Shown piece after piece: positions 1-13,429 of a DNA stretch of 64,000 nucleotides; within the stretch, counting starts at the first letter, position 1; the number at the start of each line of letters is the position of its first letter. Origin of the DNA: Octopus sinensis (taxonomy: Eukaryota); assembly GCF_006345805.1 (NCBI RefSeq), contig NC_043012.1, positions 10,230,001-10,294,000 on the forward strand. Reading direction: 5' to 3'. Made by a program: the position numbers and the translations under genes. The notes beneath the pieces are model-generated. The model was not told the origin of the DNA. It did not search any database and worked only from the letters and a program-made list of their open reading frames with translations.

Positions 1-1024
1 ACTCTTTGCTGATATTAGGAGGCGGATTGGTCTGGAATTCGTAGAGAAAATTTTGAGATATTTTATATCTTAGATATTTGTTCCATTTTGTTTCAGATTA
101 ATTGTATGAGATTAAAATGTGCAGATTGTGATAAATTAAGAGTAGTTAATTTATCACAATCTTTACTTAATCGCAGATCGTAGATCGAAACACTTTGTTT
201 TAAGTAGCCCAACTGGTTATTCAGTGAACGCGTATGCGATTCTCAAAATATTTGGTTTGTTTGAGCAACATTTGTGGGCATAGGGACAAGGGTGATGCGC
301 CAGCTGCCAAGGCTACATCCAAAGATGTCACCATTGGGATTTAGGGCCGCTTACTTTCGTGTATTAAATATCTTTTTAATTCAAGTATTAGCATCGGTGT
401 AAGGGTAATGCATTTAAATTAAAAACTGGAACAAAAATAATTGATATACAAAATGTCAGAACTCAACCGTAAACTCGAACGATTGAAAACATGAATACCA
501 CACACAGACACACACACGCACTCCTGCTCTCACATACATCCACACACACGCGCACACAAACATGCACACCCACACATACACACACACAAACACATGTACG
601 CACATATACACGTGCACACATGGGTAAATATTGTAAAAGATTTCCAGACGTAATTTTATATGGGTGCTAATGCCAGAAGGCTAGTTCTTGCTCTTTGGTG
701 AGGTCGTATATAATGGTTGTAGAAATAATTGCACAATTGAGATCTAGCACGTTTGATAAAACTCATCTCTCGCTTGAATATCTTTATGTGTTACATATCT
801 GTAGGTTAATTAACCAATCGAGTAAATTTTACAAGTAAATTAACATCCACAGTCAGTTTGAAGTATATTTACAAATCTCATATTACATATATCTCAAAAA
901 ATATTATCTCACGTCTTAAATTCAATGTGTTAAATTGAATGTAAATTAAGTTGACACGCTTCATTGAAAATGTGTAGAAAATGTCTAAAATCGAAAATAT
1001 TATGTCGTATTAACATTCGTTTCA

Positions 1025-1234
1025 AATTTTGGCACAAGGCCAGTAATTCGAATTTTGGCACAAGGCCAGTAATTACATCGGCCTCAGTTCTCAAATGCTA
1101 CTTATTTAATCGATCCCGAAATGATGAAAGACAAAGTTGAATTCGGCGTAATATGAAATCAGAATGTAAAAGGCGGCAGAGATGAGGCGAAGCATTTTAA
1201 TTTGCGCAGTAAGGATTCTGCCAGATTGATGCCT
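1025..1234 (-). mobile_element. Decayed tRNA-derived SINE, family B
   Basis: The reverse complement aligns by eye to the better-preserved copy at 27261-27495 (ggcagaatc..., ttctga(g/t)ttca, cttt-catc-tttcggg-tcgat, aagta). It includes a 24-bp tandem duplication, aattttggcacaaggccagtaatt, at 1025 and 1051. Confidence 0.6.
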
Positions 1235-2639
1235 TTTGTATTAATAATATTGACTCTTAACAATAGCTAGTATCCGCAAATACAGAAATATGCCACCTCA
1301 GTTGCTTTCACACAGCTGAAGACTACCTTAATCACAAAGCTAATCACGCCTAATTAAAGCTACTTTGTGTAGCTGCCTAATAGCTACACCTGTGAGAATA
1401 TTCAGACTCATTATAGTAAGCTAGCGAATTACAACCGAATCGTATATTGTTTTTCTAGTTAAATGAACATAAAATAACTGTATTTACTTTGAGAGCTTTG
1501 TGCAAAGTGAGAATGAATCATCTTGCCCTAAGCACACCCAATTAACTAGACTACATCAGTTATCAAAATTCCTATAAAGAATTTGATCACAATCATATGT
1601 AAGTCTATTATCGATATATATTTTCGGGAAAATATTATAATCATGTTATGTTATATTCTCCGACTACGATGCATTAATAGAGTTAATTACACAAGAGGAT
1701 TTATGAAATATTAATGTATTTTTGCTTTTGCATTTCTGTCTTATAGCCACACTATAAGACTAAGTTACTCCAGATTAAGGCCGTGTAGATTATACCATGA
1801 ATTCCATGAACGTTCTTCATTTGAGATTAACCAACCGGATGCATTTAAGCTTCACGCAAGGGCAGTTAGGCATCCAGGTCTGATTGTTGGTAGATGGAAT
1901 TTCATTTCCAATCATTATACAGTTTCTCCGTCATACATGTAGCGTTCAATTTCCTGTCTATAAACTATTACTTGGCTCAATGATCTTGTAAAATTTAAGG
2001 CCATATTTTCTCTGAATTGTTTGCGATAAAATTTCAACCGTGGATAAGATAATTTAGTAACTTGTCTTTAGTACTCGCTTCTAAAGTTAAAATTTAATTA
2101 AGAGAGCAATAATGTAAGGAGTAATATTTGCCCTACTCTATATATGTCGCCTATATTTTCTATACGACATTAGACTTCTTGTATGACTCAAGTTTTACGC
2201 CGCTGCAATATTCAGGCGAGTGCTGTTATAACCTGCTTTTAGAGTTACATTCGTATTCACTTTACTTGGTGTGCTCTCATGCCTGTTCTCTGCATTGGTT
2301 TAAACTTTTTATTTGCTGATTGACTGCCACCATTTTGTGCTGCTTCAACAATTAGTTTTAGATAAGAGGATATATTTCAAATTTGCATATTTATTGCAAA
2401 TTTATTTAATTTGTAAAGTTTGTTTTGAATTGCACGAGGGTTAATACTGAACTGGCATGCTTCAAATACATTGGTTTTGTGACACCAATTAAAAAAATAG
2501 CCTGGTTGATTGGGGTGTGGTGATTAGAATATATTTTCGTTTTATCATTTTACTTACGTACACGTATTAAAGATATCTATATCTTTCTGTTTATAAACAC
2601 ACACACACACACACAACACACACACACACACCACACACA

Positions 2640-2719
<80 letters not shown>

Positions 2720-2720
<1 letters not shown>

Positions 2721-3084
2721 TCTTCTGGTCGAGTAACCCATTCCGCTCAAAAAGACCCTGAATAAGGGTTGTTTAAGGATGATGAACGAAACACCCATGT
2801 TTCCAAAGGTGAATTATTCAGGCCCCAAATAATCCCTCTCAACACATGGCTATGCTGCTCTACCACTACTTCTGCTCGGGATCAGAAATGCACTTATCGT
2901 CAGCCCATAAGGGACATGCTCAACTGGTTATGGTCAAAGAACTCACAAGAAAATTTGTGGCATTGAGCAGAATATTTGCTGTAGTCTATCTTTAATACAA
3001 AAGCGAAACAATGTACATGATAACACTTCCAAACAGTTAGATCAGAAGCCATGAGAGATACTGCCTGGTACTGCATCAGGGCAT
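2720..3084 (-). mobile_element. Partial copy of a ~550-bp non-coding interspersed element associated with (AAT)n
   Basis: Colinear with 3350-3708 (shared taagggacatgctcaactggtta, ttgagcagaatatttgctgtag, ctgcctggtactgcatcagggcat). Orientation is inferred from the (AAT)n tail of the second copy. Confidence 0.75.
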
Positions 3085-3157
3085 TATAATTATTATTGTT
3101 GTTGTTGTTGCTATTATTTTTAAAAAAATTATAATTATTATTATTATTATTATTATT

Positions 3158-3708
3158 GAGTGAGAGAGCAGTGCAAACCATCAAAGTCACACTGGGGTAA
3201 AATATACGAAGCCCAGAATAACCATCATTGCTACTCGTCTGATAAGGATACACGAGGCACATACATAACTACTATATGTAAGCGACATGGTGATCTCATA
3301 TTAAGATAAACAGCGCATGACCTTGCAGGTGGGCGCCCACTTAGAATTTTCTTTAGGTCGAGTAGCCCATCTCACTACTGTGAATAAGGGTTGGTTGAGG
3401 ATGTTGACAAAAACACCAAAGGTTTCCAGAGATGAGTTATCCATATCCCAAAGGATTTCTCTTAACACATTGCTATGAGGCTCTTCCACTACTTCTGCTC
3501 GTGAGCGGATATGCACATATCGTCAGCCAATAAGGGACATGCTCAACTGGTTAAGGTCAAACAACCGACAAGTAAATCTGTGGTATTGAGCAGAATATTT
3601 GCTGTAGCTCATCTTGTATACCAAGACAAAACAACGTACATGATAACTCTTCCTATCTGTTAAGATCAGAAACCATGAGAACCACTGCCTGGTACTGCAT
3701 CAGGGCAT
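3158..3708 (-). mobile_element. Apparently full-length ~550-bp non-autonomous element flanked by (ATT)n and (CAT)n
   Basis: Second, longer diverged copy in direct orientation with 2720-3084. No credible ORF; on the minus strand it ends in (AAT)n. Confidence 0.75.
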
Positions 3709-3743
<35 letters not shown>

Positions 3744-3754
3744 ACACATATGGA

Positions 3755-4614
3755 TAGGCGTGATGTGTCGCAAGAAGCTTGTTTCCCAACCACATAATTC
3801 CTGGTCAGTCTCACTGCTGCGTGGTACGTTGAGCAACTATAGATGCGGGCAAACGAAAGCCTTATGAGTTTATTTGGAAATTGAAAGGACCCCTCGTATA
3901 TATGTGTGTGAGGGGGGGGGGTTGCTTGTATGTGTGCGTGTGGGTGTATCTGTGTGTGTGTGGTGTGTGTGTGTGTGCGTGTGTGGTGTTTGTGGCTTCC
4001 TGACCGTGAATGTCTCCTACCACTGCTGTTGTTCTACCACAACTGATCTTGTACTTATGTCCTGTAAGTTAGCGATTAGGCCTAAGTGACCGATAGAATA
4101 AATACTAGTACTCTTTTACTCTTTTACTTGTTTCAGACATTTGACTGCGGCCATGCTGGAGCACCGCCTTTTAGTCGAGCAAATCGACCCCAGGACTTAT
4201 TCATTTTTGTAAGCCCAGTACTTATTCTATCGGTCTCTTTTGCCGAACCGCTAAGTGACGGGGACGTAAACACACCAGCATCGGTTGTCAAGCAATACTA
4301 GGGGAACAAACACACAAACACACACACATATATATATATACATATATACGACAGGCTTCTTTCAGTTTCCGTCTACCAAATCCACTCACAAGGCATTGGT
4401 CGGCCCGGGGCTATAGCAGAAGACACATGCCCAAGATGCCACGCAGTGGGACTGAACCCGGAACCAACATGTGGTTGGTTAGCAAGCTACTTACCACACA
4501 GCCACTCCTGCGCCTAGGTTTAGAAAAAAAAACAAGTTCTGGGATATATTCATTCGACCTACAATTCCTTCTCCCAGTATGGTTGTAGTAGTCTAATGAC
4601 TGAAACTTGTACAA
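3755..4614 (+). mobile_element. Old decayed family-A SINE, interrupted by a younger antisense copy
   Basis: Head-like aagaagcttgtttcccaaccaca, internal (GT)n and gaccgatagaataaatactag to 4110; the 3' part resumes after 4514 (taggtttag...ccagtatgg...aatgactgaaac). Confidence 0.65.
4111..4514 (-). mobile_element. Near-intact tRNA-derived CORE-like SINE, family A
   Basis: The reverse complement has a tRNA-like head (ggcgcaggagtggctgtgtggtaag; B-box-like gggttcagtccc), a CORE-like tggcatcttgggca, an internal microsatellite and a (gtaaaaga)n tail. Nearly identical to 6883-7295. Confidence 0.9.
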
Positions 4615-5171
4615 TTCAAAAGTTAACGAGTAAACTTTATATATATCAACATCTAACCTCTTTTACTATTCTGATAAATATGGCGCTAATTGGCTTTCGA
4701 ACATTTAGAGAATATTGACGTTTTTGTTGTTGTCAGTGTTTGGTATTTGAATATTAGCAACAATTTTATTTTTTAATCTCACAAATTTGATAGTACAATT
4801 GATAAAACGTATTTAAAAAAAGAAACAATATCAGTTAATTAATCGCGTGGGAGATTTGGAAGAAAAATGTAATTTGAAGAGATAAAATATATATTTTTTT
4901 GATAATGTGTCTATAATTGCATTTCCAACAAGCTGTTCATTCAAGGCTGAAGTATCTATACTCTTTTTACAAGAGGGAAATAAAATCGGCTCTTCAATAG
5001 TGTGCATTTCTTTAATTATAAATGTAATATTTATCAGAATTTGTTCTCACGACCTGTTATAATTAATTTTTTTTTCTGCACCTCACCGATTGAATATTTT
5101 ATTTCTTCCCTACATAGAATGGATTCTCCCTGAATCTTTTACCGTTGCCGCCAATTATACCGTGAGCACCA

Positions 5172-5218
<47 letters not shown>

Positions 5219-5421
5219 ACACACACACACACAACACACACATATATATATATATGTGTGTGTGTGTACGTGTACACAGTGACACACACATGCACACATA
5301 TATGTATATTTCTATATGAAATACCGTTTACCACTTCGCCCGATGTTCTAACGATTCTGCAATGTTACCACCATAACAATAATAACAATTAAGTATTTAT
5401 GTATGTATGTATGAATGTATG

Positions 5422-5466
<45 letters not shown>

Positions 5467-5493
5467 ATGTGTGTGTGTGTGTGTGAGTATATA

Positions 5494-5524
<31 letters not shown>

Positions 5525-6882
5525 GTGTGTATGTGAGTATATATTTAAATATATGCATATGTCCATTAAGTATAAATGTCTATTCTGCCTTTCAGAAACT
5601 CTATACCTCGTGCACATAAAGGAATAAATAATCCAGCACTTAATTCGAAATTCTTAAGCTATAACATAAAACGCTGCTGACTGGGCACATTTTAACCGCT
5701 GTCAACCATACTGTACACTTAAAGATGATAAAAGTGACTTCTCTCGACACCATTTTACTCCTGTAATGAACTCTTCAGACCTTCAAAACTTGATCTTGTT
5801 ATAGACAATAAATTACTATTAGATTCTTTTTTCTTTACTGAAATTAAGGCATTAAGGCGTTTATATTCTTTACACCTCTTCCAGAAAACCATCGCTCTTC
5901 TGAAACGGCTTCACAGTATGCAACAATCAGGAAACTGTTAAGATCGTCCTAATTTATCTGGTATTTCTGCTTTTACTACATGTAGAATAAATATGGACTT
6001 TCTTCGCGATCAACCTATCATCTTTGTTAAGTATTTTTATTTCAGTTCGCTAGAAACTTAAAGTAACTGAAATGGGTGAAAAAAATCTTCCCTGCCAAGA
6101 ATTTCATAGAGAAAAAAAAAGTTTCTAAATTTACTGAGGTTAATGTGGCGTGATATCTATCATTCTTGCAGAAAATTGAGCTGTACCGCCCGCTTGTTTT
6201 TATTTTTAAAAGTGTAAAGTTGAAGTTTCCTTTTCCTCAAGCAGTATCTGCCGTTCATCAACCTTTCACAAGCTTATACAGAAAGATCTCCACACTTTAT
6301 CTTGATCACATTTTCCCATCAACTGTTTTACGATATTTCTATCCAGCAAACTAGAAAATACAGACATATCTTTAATGACTAACAAATCTGGACATGGCAG
6401 TTATTATTCTACTCTATCGTAAGCTCTGAACACGGTGTTGCATTTCCATCTGGATTATATTGCATCTTGGTTGCAATATCTACTTTGTAAATATGAAGCT
6501 ACGAACATGTCATATCCACGTACATCACACATATTCAGTCATACAATATTTGTGATTGGAGAAGAATAGTTGATTTCGTCCACTCCAGTATTCATGTGAT
6601 ACATATTTCCGCGCCCCCGCCCCAGAGATGAAAGCAAAGTCGACTTCAGACTGTTATTCGTGCGATTACGCTAGAAACAAAAATGGTGGTGACAAACAGT
6701 TGACAATTGCAAAATACCAATTAAAGTCAAGTTACAGGTAGATAAAATTAGTGCGTTCAGCCAACCTAATGACATTACAAAGGATAAAAGACAAGAATTA
6801 AGTAGCAAAATAGAAGCATAAAGAGTAAAAAGTATTAAAAAGAACATAGGCAGCAGATATATATATATATATATATATATCT

Positions 6883-7041
6883 GGAGTGGCTGTGTGGTAA
6901 GTAGCTTGCTAACCAACCACATGATTCCGGGTTCAGTCCCACTGCGTGGCATCTTGGGCAAGTGTCTTCTGCTATAGCCCCGGGCCGACCAATGCCTTGT
7001 GAGTGGATTTGGTAGACGGAAACTGAAAGAAGCCTGTCGTA

Positions 7042-7083
<42 letters not shown>

Positions 7084-7295
7084 TGTGTGTGTCTATGTTG
7101 TCCCCCTAGCATTGCTTGACAACCGATGCTGGTGTGTTTACGTCCCTGTCACTTAGCGGTTCGGCAAAAGAGACCGATAGAATAAGTACTGGGCTTACAA
7201 AAAATAAGTCCTGGAGTCGATTTGCTCGACTAAAGGCTGTGCTCCAGCATGGCCGCAGTCAAATGACTGAAACAAGTAAAAGAGAAAAAAAGAGT
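6883..7295 (+). mobile_element. Near-intact family-A SINE inserted in a (TA)n tract
   Basis: ggagtggctgtgtggtaagtagcttgc...gggttcagtcccactgcgtggcatcttgggcaagtg...gaaacaagtaaaagag. Confidence 0.9.
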
Positions 7296-7384
7296 AATAT
7301 ATACATACTTTTACGTTTATATATTTGTTTTGCAAGATTTTTGATGTACAATTCTGGAAATAAAATGATGCTATATATATGTTA

Positions 7385-7492
7385 TTTCTTTCTTTCTTTC
7401 TTTCTTTTTCTTCTTTCTTTCTTTCTTTCTTTCTTTCTTTTTCTTTCCTTCTTTCCTTTCTTTCTTTCTTTCTTCCTTTCTTTCTTTCTTTC
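7385..7492 (+). repeat. (TTTC)n microsatellite
   Basis: Directly visible; explains the F/L/S-rich ORFs. Confidence 0.95.
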
Positions 7493-7838
7493 TTGAACCA
7501 TATGCTAATGCTACCTCATTTCAGTGAAGTAAGATTTCATTCACCAAATCAACAATGCGTAAATCTGATGAGTGGGAAGCTTCTAGCATTGCTAAAATAA
7601 CACATTATTTATTTCGTAAACTAAATAATAATACTCGAAAAATAACGTTTCGGTAACCTGTCGAAGAAAAAAAAATTGTAAACTTATGTAAAAAGTGTCC
7701 AGTTGTTCACTCCATTCTCTTTTTTCATAAACATACACACAAACATACATTACACAATCATACACAAACACACACGAACACATATGTATGTATTAATATA
7801 TGTCTATCTCTCCATCCACCTCTCTCTGGCTTTCTAAA

Positions 7839-7906
<68 letters not shown>

Positions 7907-8140
7907 TCTATATGTTTATCGATATGTACGTATATATAACATATACACACAAACACACACACACATACATGCATATATATATATATTATATACAGAAACA
8001 AAATATGAATATTTCAGACGGGTAAAATTTACCTTGCAAGGAATACAATTCTTAGCTACAAAGGATAGAAGACAAGATTTAAGTAGCAAAATAGAAGCAT
8101 AAACAGTAAAAAGCTTAAAAAGAACATAGGCAGCATTATA

Positions 8141-8179
<39 letters not shown>

Positions 8180-8591
8180 CTTTTACGTTTATATATTTGT
8201 TTTGCAAGTTTTTTAATGTGAAATCGTGTGTTGAAAGAGATATTGTTGTATTTATTGGCTAAACTGGCAAAATAACCTTTCCTAAATACAACAATACGCA
8301 CACACACACACAAACACTCACACACACACACACACACCATATATATATATATGATGTATTTATAAGCACGCATGCGCACTTGCATTCTTTTCCTTTTTCT
8401 TTCTTCCAATCTTTCTCAGTAATTCCTCTGTTTTTTACGTTATCAACCCTCACTCTATTTAGAAAGTTATTATTTCCATTTTTTTCCTCAAAGAAAATGT
8501 CTACGCTCATTCCTTCTAATATTTTATTATATTTTATATTAGACTCATATGCGATCATTATTTTAATTTAGCCGTACGTGTGCCTAAAGGA

Positions 8592-8647
<56 letters not shown>

Positions 8648-8736
8648 TAATATATATATATAATGTATGTATATATAATATATATATTATATATGTTGTA
8701 TATATATATATCATATTATATATATATAATATATAA

Positions 8737-8965
8737 ATTTCTTACTACACACAAGGGGGCTAACACAGAGGGGACAAACAAGGACAGACAAAGCGATTAA
8801 GTCGATTCCATCGACCCCAGTGCGTAACTGGTACTTAATTTATCGACCCGAAAGGATGAAGGCAAAGTCAACCTCGGCGGAATTTGAACTCAGAACGTAG
8901 CAGCAGGACGAAATACGGCTACGCATTTCGCCCGGCGTGCTAACGTCTTCTGCCAGCTCGACGCC
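8737..8965 (-). mobile_element. Near-intact tRNA-derived SINE, family B, within (TA)n
   Basis: The reverse complement matches 27261-27495 along its length (gagctggcagaa...gagttcaaattccgccgagg...tgtccttgtttgtcccctctgtgtt). Confidence 0.9.
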
Positions 8966-8992
8966 ATATAATATATATGTACCTGTATATCC

Positions 8993-9026
<34 letters not shown>

Positions 9027-10037
9027 GTATGTATATATATTATATTCATATATATGTAAGTACATGTATGTAAATGTGTAAGTATATTTGTATATATATA
9101 TATATATATATATGTCCCTGTGTGTACGGATATATATGCGTATATATCTATATATACGTATACACGCACAAGTATATATGAATATAAAAGCACACACAAA
9201 TCCACACATACACACACACACACTCACAAACACATATATACAGACACTTACAAATATTCGCATGCATATGTGTGTGTTATCGGGCGAACGTGTGTATAGA
9301 CTAATGTTAGGAAACGGAAGAATGCGTTATAGTTAAAGCTATTGATTAAATAAATTTAGTGGCAAGGGTTTATTTTTTTCTAGAAAAACTATACTTTTTA
9401 TTCACTCTCTTTGTTTTTGCACTTAACATTTAAAATTTCATTTCAATAGAAAGCACTTATTAAACTACGTCACTCTATTCCTCTTTCGCTCCCATGGTGA
9501 CTTCATTTAGTTGAAGCCAAAAAAAGCTATAGAAATGGGTTTTTTTTATCGCATCTAGTTCAAGATTAGCATCATATTCAAAGATTTCCGTTATTTTTAG
9601 TATATTCCATGTATGTATTCTACGTAAGACTATAAAAACCGGTAATTTTGTTCTAAATTTCTGTATCGTACAAAGACCGAATATGTGGCACTTGAATTAA
9701 CCATTTCTGAAATTATTTGTCGAAAATGAAATATATAAATAAAGTTCTTTATTTTGTTTCGAGAACATTTTTTGTGTCGTATTAGCCGCCTCAATGTTAT
9801 ATGTGCTAAATTTCTCTGTCTCTCTGCCTGTCTGTCTGTCTGTCTACCTGTTTCTCCCCCCTCTCTCTCTCCATCTCTCTCTGTCGAAAGACCTCCCCCA
9901 CAAACACACCCAACCAACCCAACACATATATACCTTAAAAAAAGAAGGGGTCAGGATTTAGGTTCACATTTTTACATAGGAATCCATCATGAAACAAACG
10001 TCATATTAAACAATCTATACATAGACATATATACAGC

Positions 10038-10069
<32 letters not shown>

Positions 10070-10080
10070 TTTATATATTT

Positions 10081-10305
10081 GCCCACTGATAACATGATGT
10101 AGTGCACTGAGGGATGCAACCTGTTGCAGAGTACTCCAGCTACGAAGTATCGACGCAGGATGGATCGAACCGATCGGTATGAACAATAAAGTTTCTCATG
10201 TCTTTCATTTTCAGTCTCTATCGTTTGTTATCTATCTATCTATCTATCTATCTATCGATCGATCTCTCTATATATGTGCGTGTGTGTGTGTGTTTGTATA
10301 TACAC

Positions 10306-10358
<53 letters not shown>

Positions 10359-11177
10359 TATATATATACATACATATATATATATATATGCTCAAGTGCG
10401 AACATTTGCACAGCAGAATTTGTCTGCACCATGGATTCCCCGGATGCTCACACATTTTCGGAAGCAGGTTCTTTTGCCAATGTGGCAAGAAAAGGAAGTG
10501 GACAGTTTCGCAGATATATCACACTGGATGAAACATGGGCTCATCACCATGATCCTGAGCCTGAAATTCAGTCGAAGCAGTGGAAGCGTAATTCACCATC
10601 TCCAAAGAAGCCTCTTGTTCTAGCCTCAGCTGGCAAGGTGATGCTCACAATATTTTGAGACCACCGCGGAATAGTGATGATGGATTTTCTGGCAAAGGGC
10701 ACCACAATTAACGAGGCTTATTATGCTTCTCTGCTTCAGAATTTGCAGGAAGCCATCAAAGCAGAGAAACGGCATACTGACTAAAGGAGTCTGCCTCCAC
10801 GAAGACAACGCCCCAGTTCACAATGTGCATGTTGCCCTGATGAAAACACAACCCTGCGGCTATGAAACCCTTCTTCATCCTCTTTACCGATATTGCACCA
10901 ATTGATTTCCACCTCTTTCCAACCGTGAAATCTGTTTTGAAGTGGAAGCACTTTTGGGATGATGATGAACTTATTTTCGAGGCAATGTCTTGGCTCCGGA
11001 CGCGTCTTGGCCCCGACTTCTCCAGTCGAGGTCTTCACAACTGCATAAAACAATAAGAGAAATGTGCCACGATTGGTGGGTGGCCATATAGAGAAGAACT
11101 AATAATTATGCCAAAGTTCGTTTAACCCAGTCAATGAGAATTTAGTCAAAGGAAATCTTTAACGAACGCCCTTCGTA
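10081..11177 (+). mobile_element. Mariner (DD34D-type) transposon relic with a frameshifted transposase pseudogene
   Basis: Motifs across frames: WIPRML (WVPREL-like), ITLDETW, SAGKVMLTIF, HEDNAPVH, DIAPIDFHLF, C-terminal EKC. 3' TIR-like end ...gaacgcccttcg followed by TA at 11176-11177. The putative 5' part (10081-10200) is separated by microsatellites and is less certain. Confidence 0.9.
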
Positions 11178-11321
11178 AGTACGATCGCAAAATCTCATGA
11201 AATCGATTATCAACGCCTTAACGTGTAAGAACATATTGTTAGTCATCTTAATCCTTAATATACGTTATGACACGATACTCCTACCTAGGAAACATCAAGG
11301 CAAACTCTTCCTGTGCGAATT

Positions 11322-11403
<82 letters not shown>

Positions 11404-11407
<4 letters not shown>

Positions 11408-11772
11408 ATAAGATCTTTAATTTTAAAATAAAATAACGATTTTATCAAGTGGTCAGCATGGAAAAATAACCTGAAAAGGTAATAATTATTAAAATTATTA
11501 ATTAGAGTATCTACGAGATACCACCATGCTGAAAATAGCAGCCATGATCTGGCTCTAAGACCACCTTAATTGACTACCTTCTACTGAAGAGGCAAAGCAT
11601 TCCTAAATGCAACGTCAGAAATCCGGGATCTAGAATTATCCACTAATTTTTTACTAGTCTCATCTTGTCTCTCCGTGTTGATATGTGGACGATTAAGGTG
11701 GTCTTAGAGTCAGATGATGACCGCTAATTTCAGCATGGTGGTATCTCGTAGATACCCTAATCTATAATTTTA
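11404..11772. mobile_element. (TA)n-embedded foldback element with 70-bp inverted arms (11501-11570 / 11692-11761)
   Basis: attagagtatctacgagataccaccatgctgaaa...ctctaagaccaccttaat is the near-exact reverse complement of attaaggtggtcttagag...tttcagcatggtggtatctcgtagataccctaat. The loop holds CTGAAGA (11584-11590). Segment 11404-11490 resembles the reverse complement of 38950-39030. Confidence 0.8.
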
Positions 11773-12542
11773 TATGCATATATCTATATATTCCTTCATA
11801 TTGTTTACGTCTTTTTATTCCCTTCTTATCAGTTATTTTAAAATAAAATTTTGTCGTTGTTCCTGCCATATATTCCTCTCTCTGATCACTACTTCTTCAC
11901 ACCATTCACGCTTATTTACCTCTTCCCTCTCCTATATCTCAAATGAGGTGAACGGTGCGTGTATACGAGTGTGAACTGGATAAATGTGGGTGCAAGGAAA
12001 AGGATTGGGAATTTAGATAAACATATACATATATACATGTGTGTGCTGGTGTGTGTCTGTATGTGGGTGTGTGAGTGTGTGCGTGTTTTTGTTTGTGTGT
12101 GTGTTTGTTTGTGTCTGTGTATATGTGTGTGATCTATGAAGTAAGCGAGATGATGGGAGTCAAAATGGTGGAAATAAAATCTTTCAGGTTAAAAGGAAAT
12201 TCTTTAGTATGTAAGTGTAAAATGTAAAGGATTTAGAGCAGAAATCAATAGTCACTGAAAAATGTCAAAACACAACACAAAAAAACAACAAAAAACAATT
12301 TCAATAATAATTTAAATCCGAGGTTTGACATATCGCTGACTGAAATCCAGTTAATATCTTAAGGCTTACGCGCGCGTGTATGTGTTGGTGTGTGCGCGTG
12401 TGTGTATGTGTTTGTTGCCGTAAACTAGATATATCTCCTCCTAAGTGAACGTTTTGCGCCGTTGACATCTGTCAGACTTATCCACTGTTGTTTCATGAAT
12501 AATATATATCAATATCTATCTATCTATCTATCTATATATCTA

Positions 12543-12622
<80 letters not shown>

Positions 12623-12722
12623 NNNNNNNNNNNNNNNNNNNNNNNNNNNNNNNNNNNNNNNNNNNNNNNNNNNNNNNNNNNNNNNNNNNNNNNNNNNNNN
12701 NNNNNNNNNNNNNNNNNNNNNN
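12623..12722. other. Assembly gap (100 N)
   Basis: Run of exactly 100 N between (TATC)n and (GA)n. Confidence 0.99.
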
Positions 12723-13073
12723 ATATAGAGAGAGAGAGAGAGAAGGGATTTGCTTAAAATGAATCCTTGTTCCCTCTACCTGTAATATGTCAAAGAATAA
12801 AGACCAACAGTATTTGGTAGTTCACATGGTAGATTCGGTAGCTTTATGCCTGATCATGTGATGTATGAATACATTATCGATAAAGCTCTGTGGATAATGC
12901 TTTAATGGATTTATGAACGGAATTTTAGTCGATTTATTCCCCAAAGAATTTGCTCTTGTTTCTTTTTCAATCAATCCTCGTGCAAACAAATTTTCGTTGA
13001 TATACACACACAATAACGCAGAAACATACACATATTCACGCATAAATACGTTCGTAAACACATGCATACGCAC

Positions 13074-13074
<1 letters not shown>

Positions 13075-13106
<32 letters not shown>

Positions 13107-13209
13107 CGAGAGAGAGAGAGAGAGAGAGAGAGGGAGAAAGAGAAATGATATATACATAAGAATATATTGTATATATTTATATATGTATATATATTTATTC
13201 ATATGTATA

Positions 13210-13263
<54 letters not shown>

Positions 13264-13287
13264 AATATATGCATATATATGTATGCA

Positions 13288-13324
<37 letters not shown>

Positions 13325-13368
13325 TGTATGCATGCATATATGTATATATATATATATGTATGCATGCG

Positions 13369-13429
<61 letters not shown>

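Larger units (their letters stand above)
6777..8208 (+). repeat. Local diverged duplication (copy 1 = 6777-6858 plus 7298-7337, split by a SINE; copy 2 = 8058-8208)
   Basis: acaaaggata(a/g)aagacaaga(a/t)ttaagtagcaaaatagaagcataaa...aaaaagaacataggcagca and atatacatactttt(t)acgtttatatatttgttttgcaag each occur twice, in the same order. Confidence 0.85.

Noticed and set aside
1-420. Nearly open minus-strand frame (PNGDIFGCSLGSWRITLVP...), possibly a retroelement ORF
   Set aside because: Several stops and no diagnostic motif I can name; it needs a translated search.
7564-7590. CTGATGAG hammerhead-like core (also near 49586 and 54976)
   Set aside because: No stem II followed by GAAA and no stem I; expected by chance.
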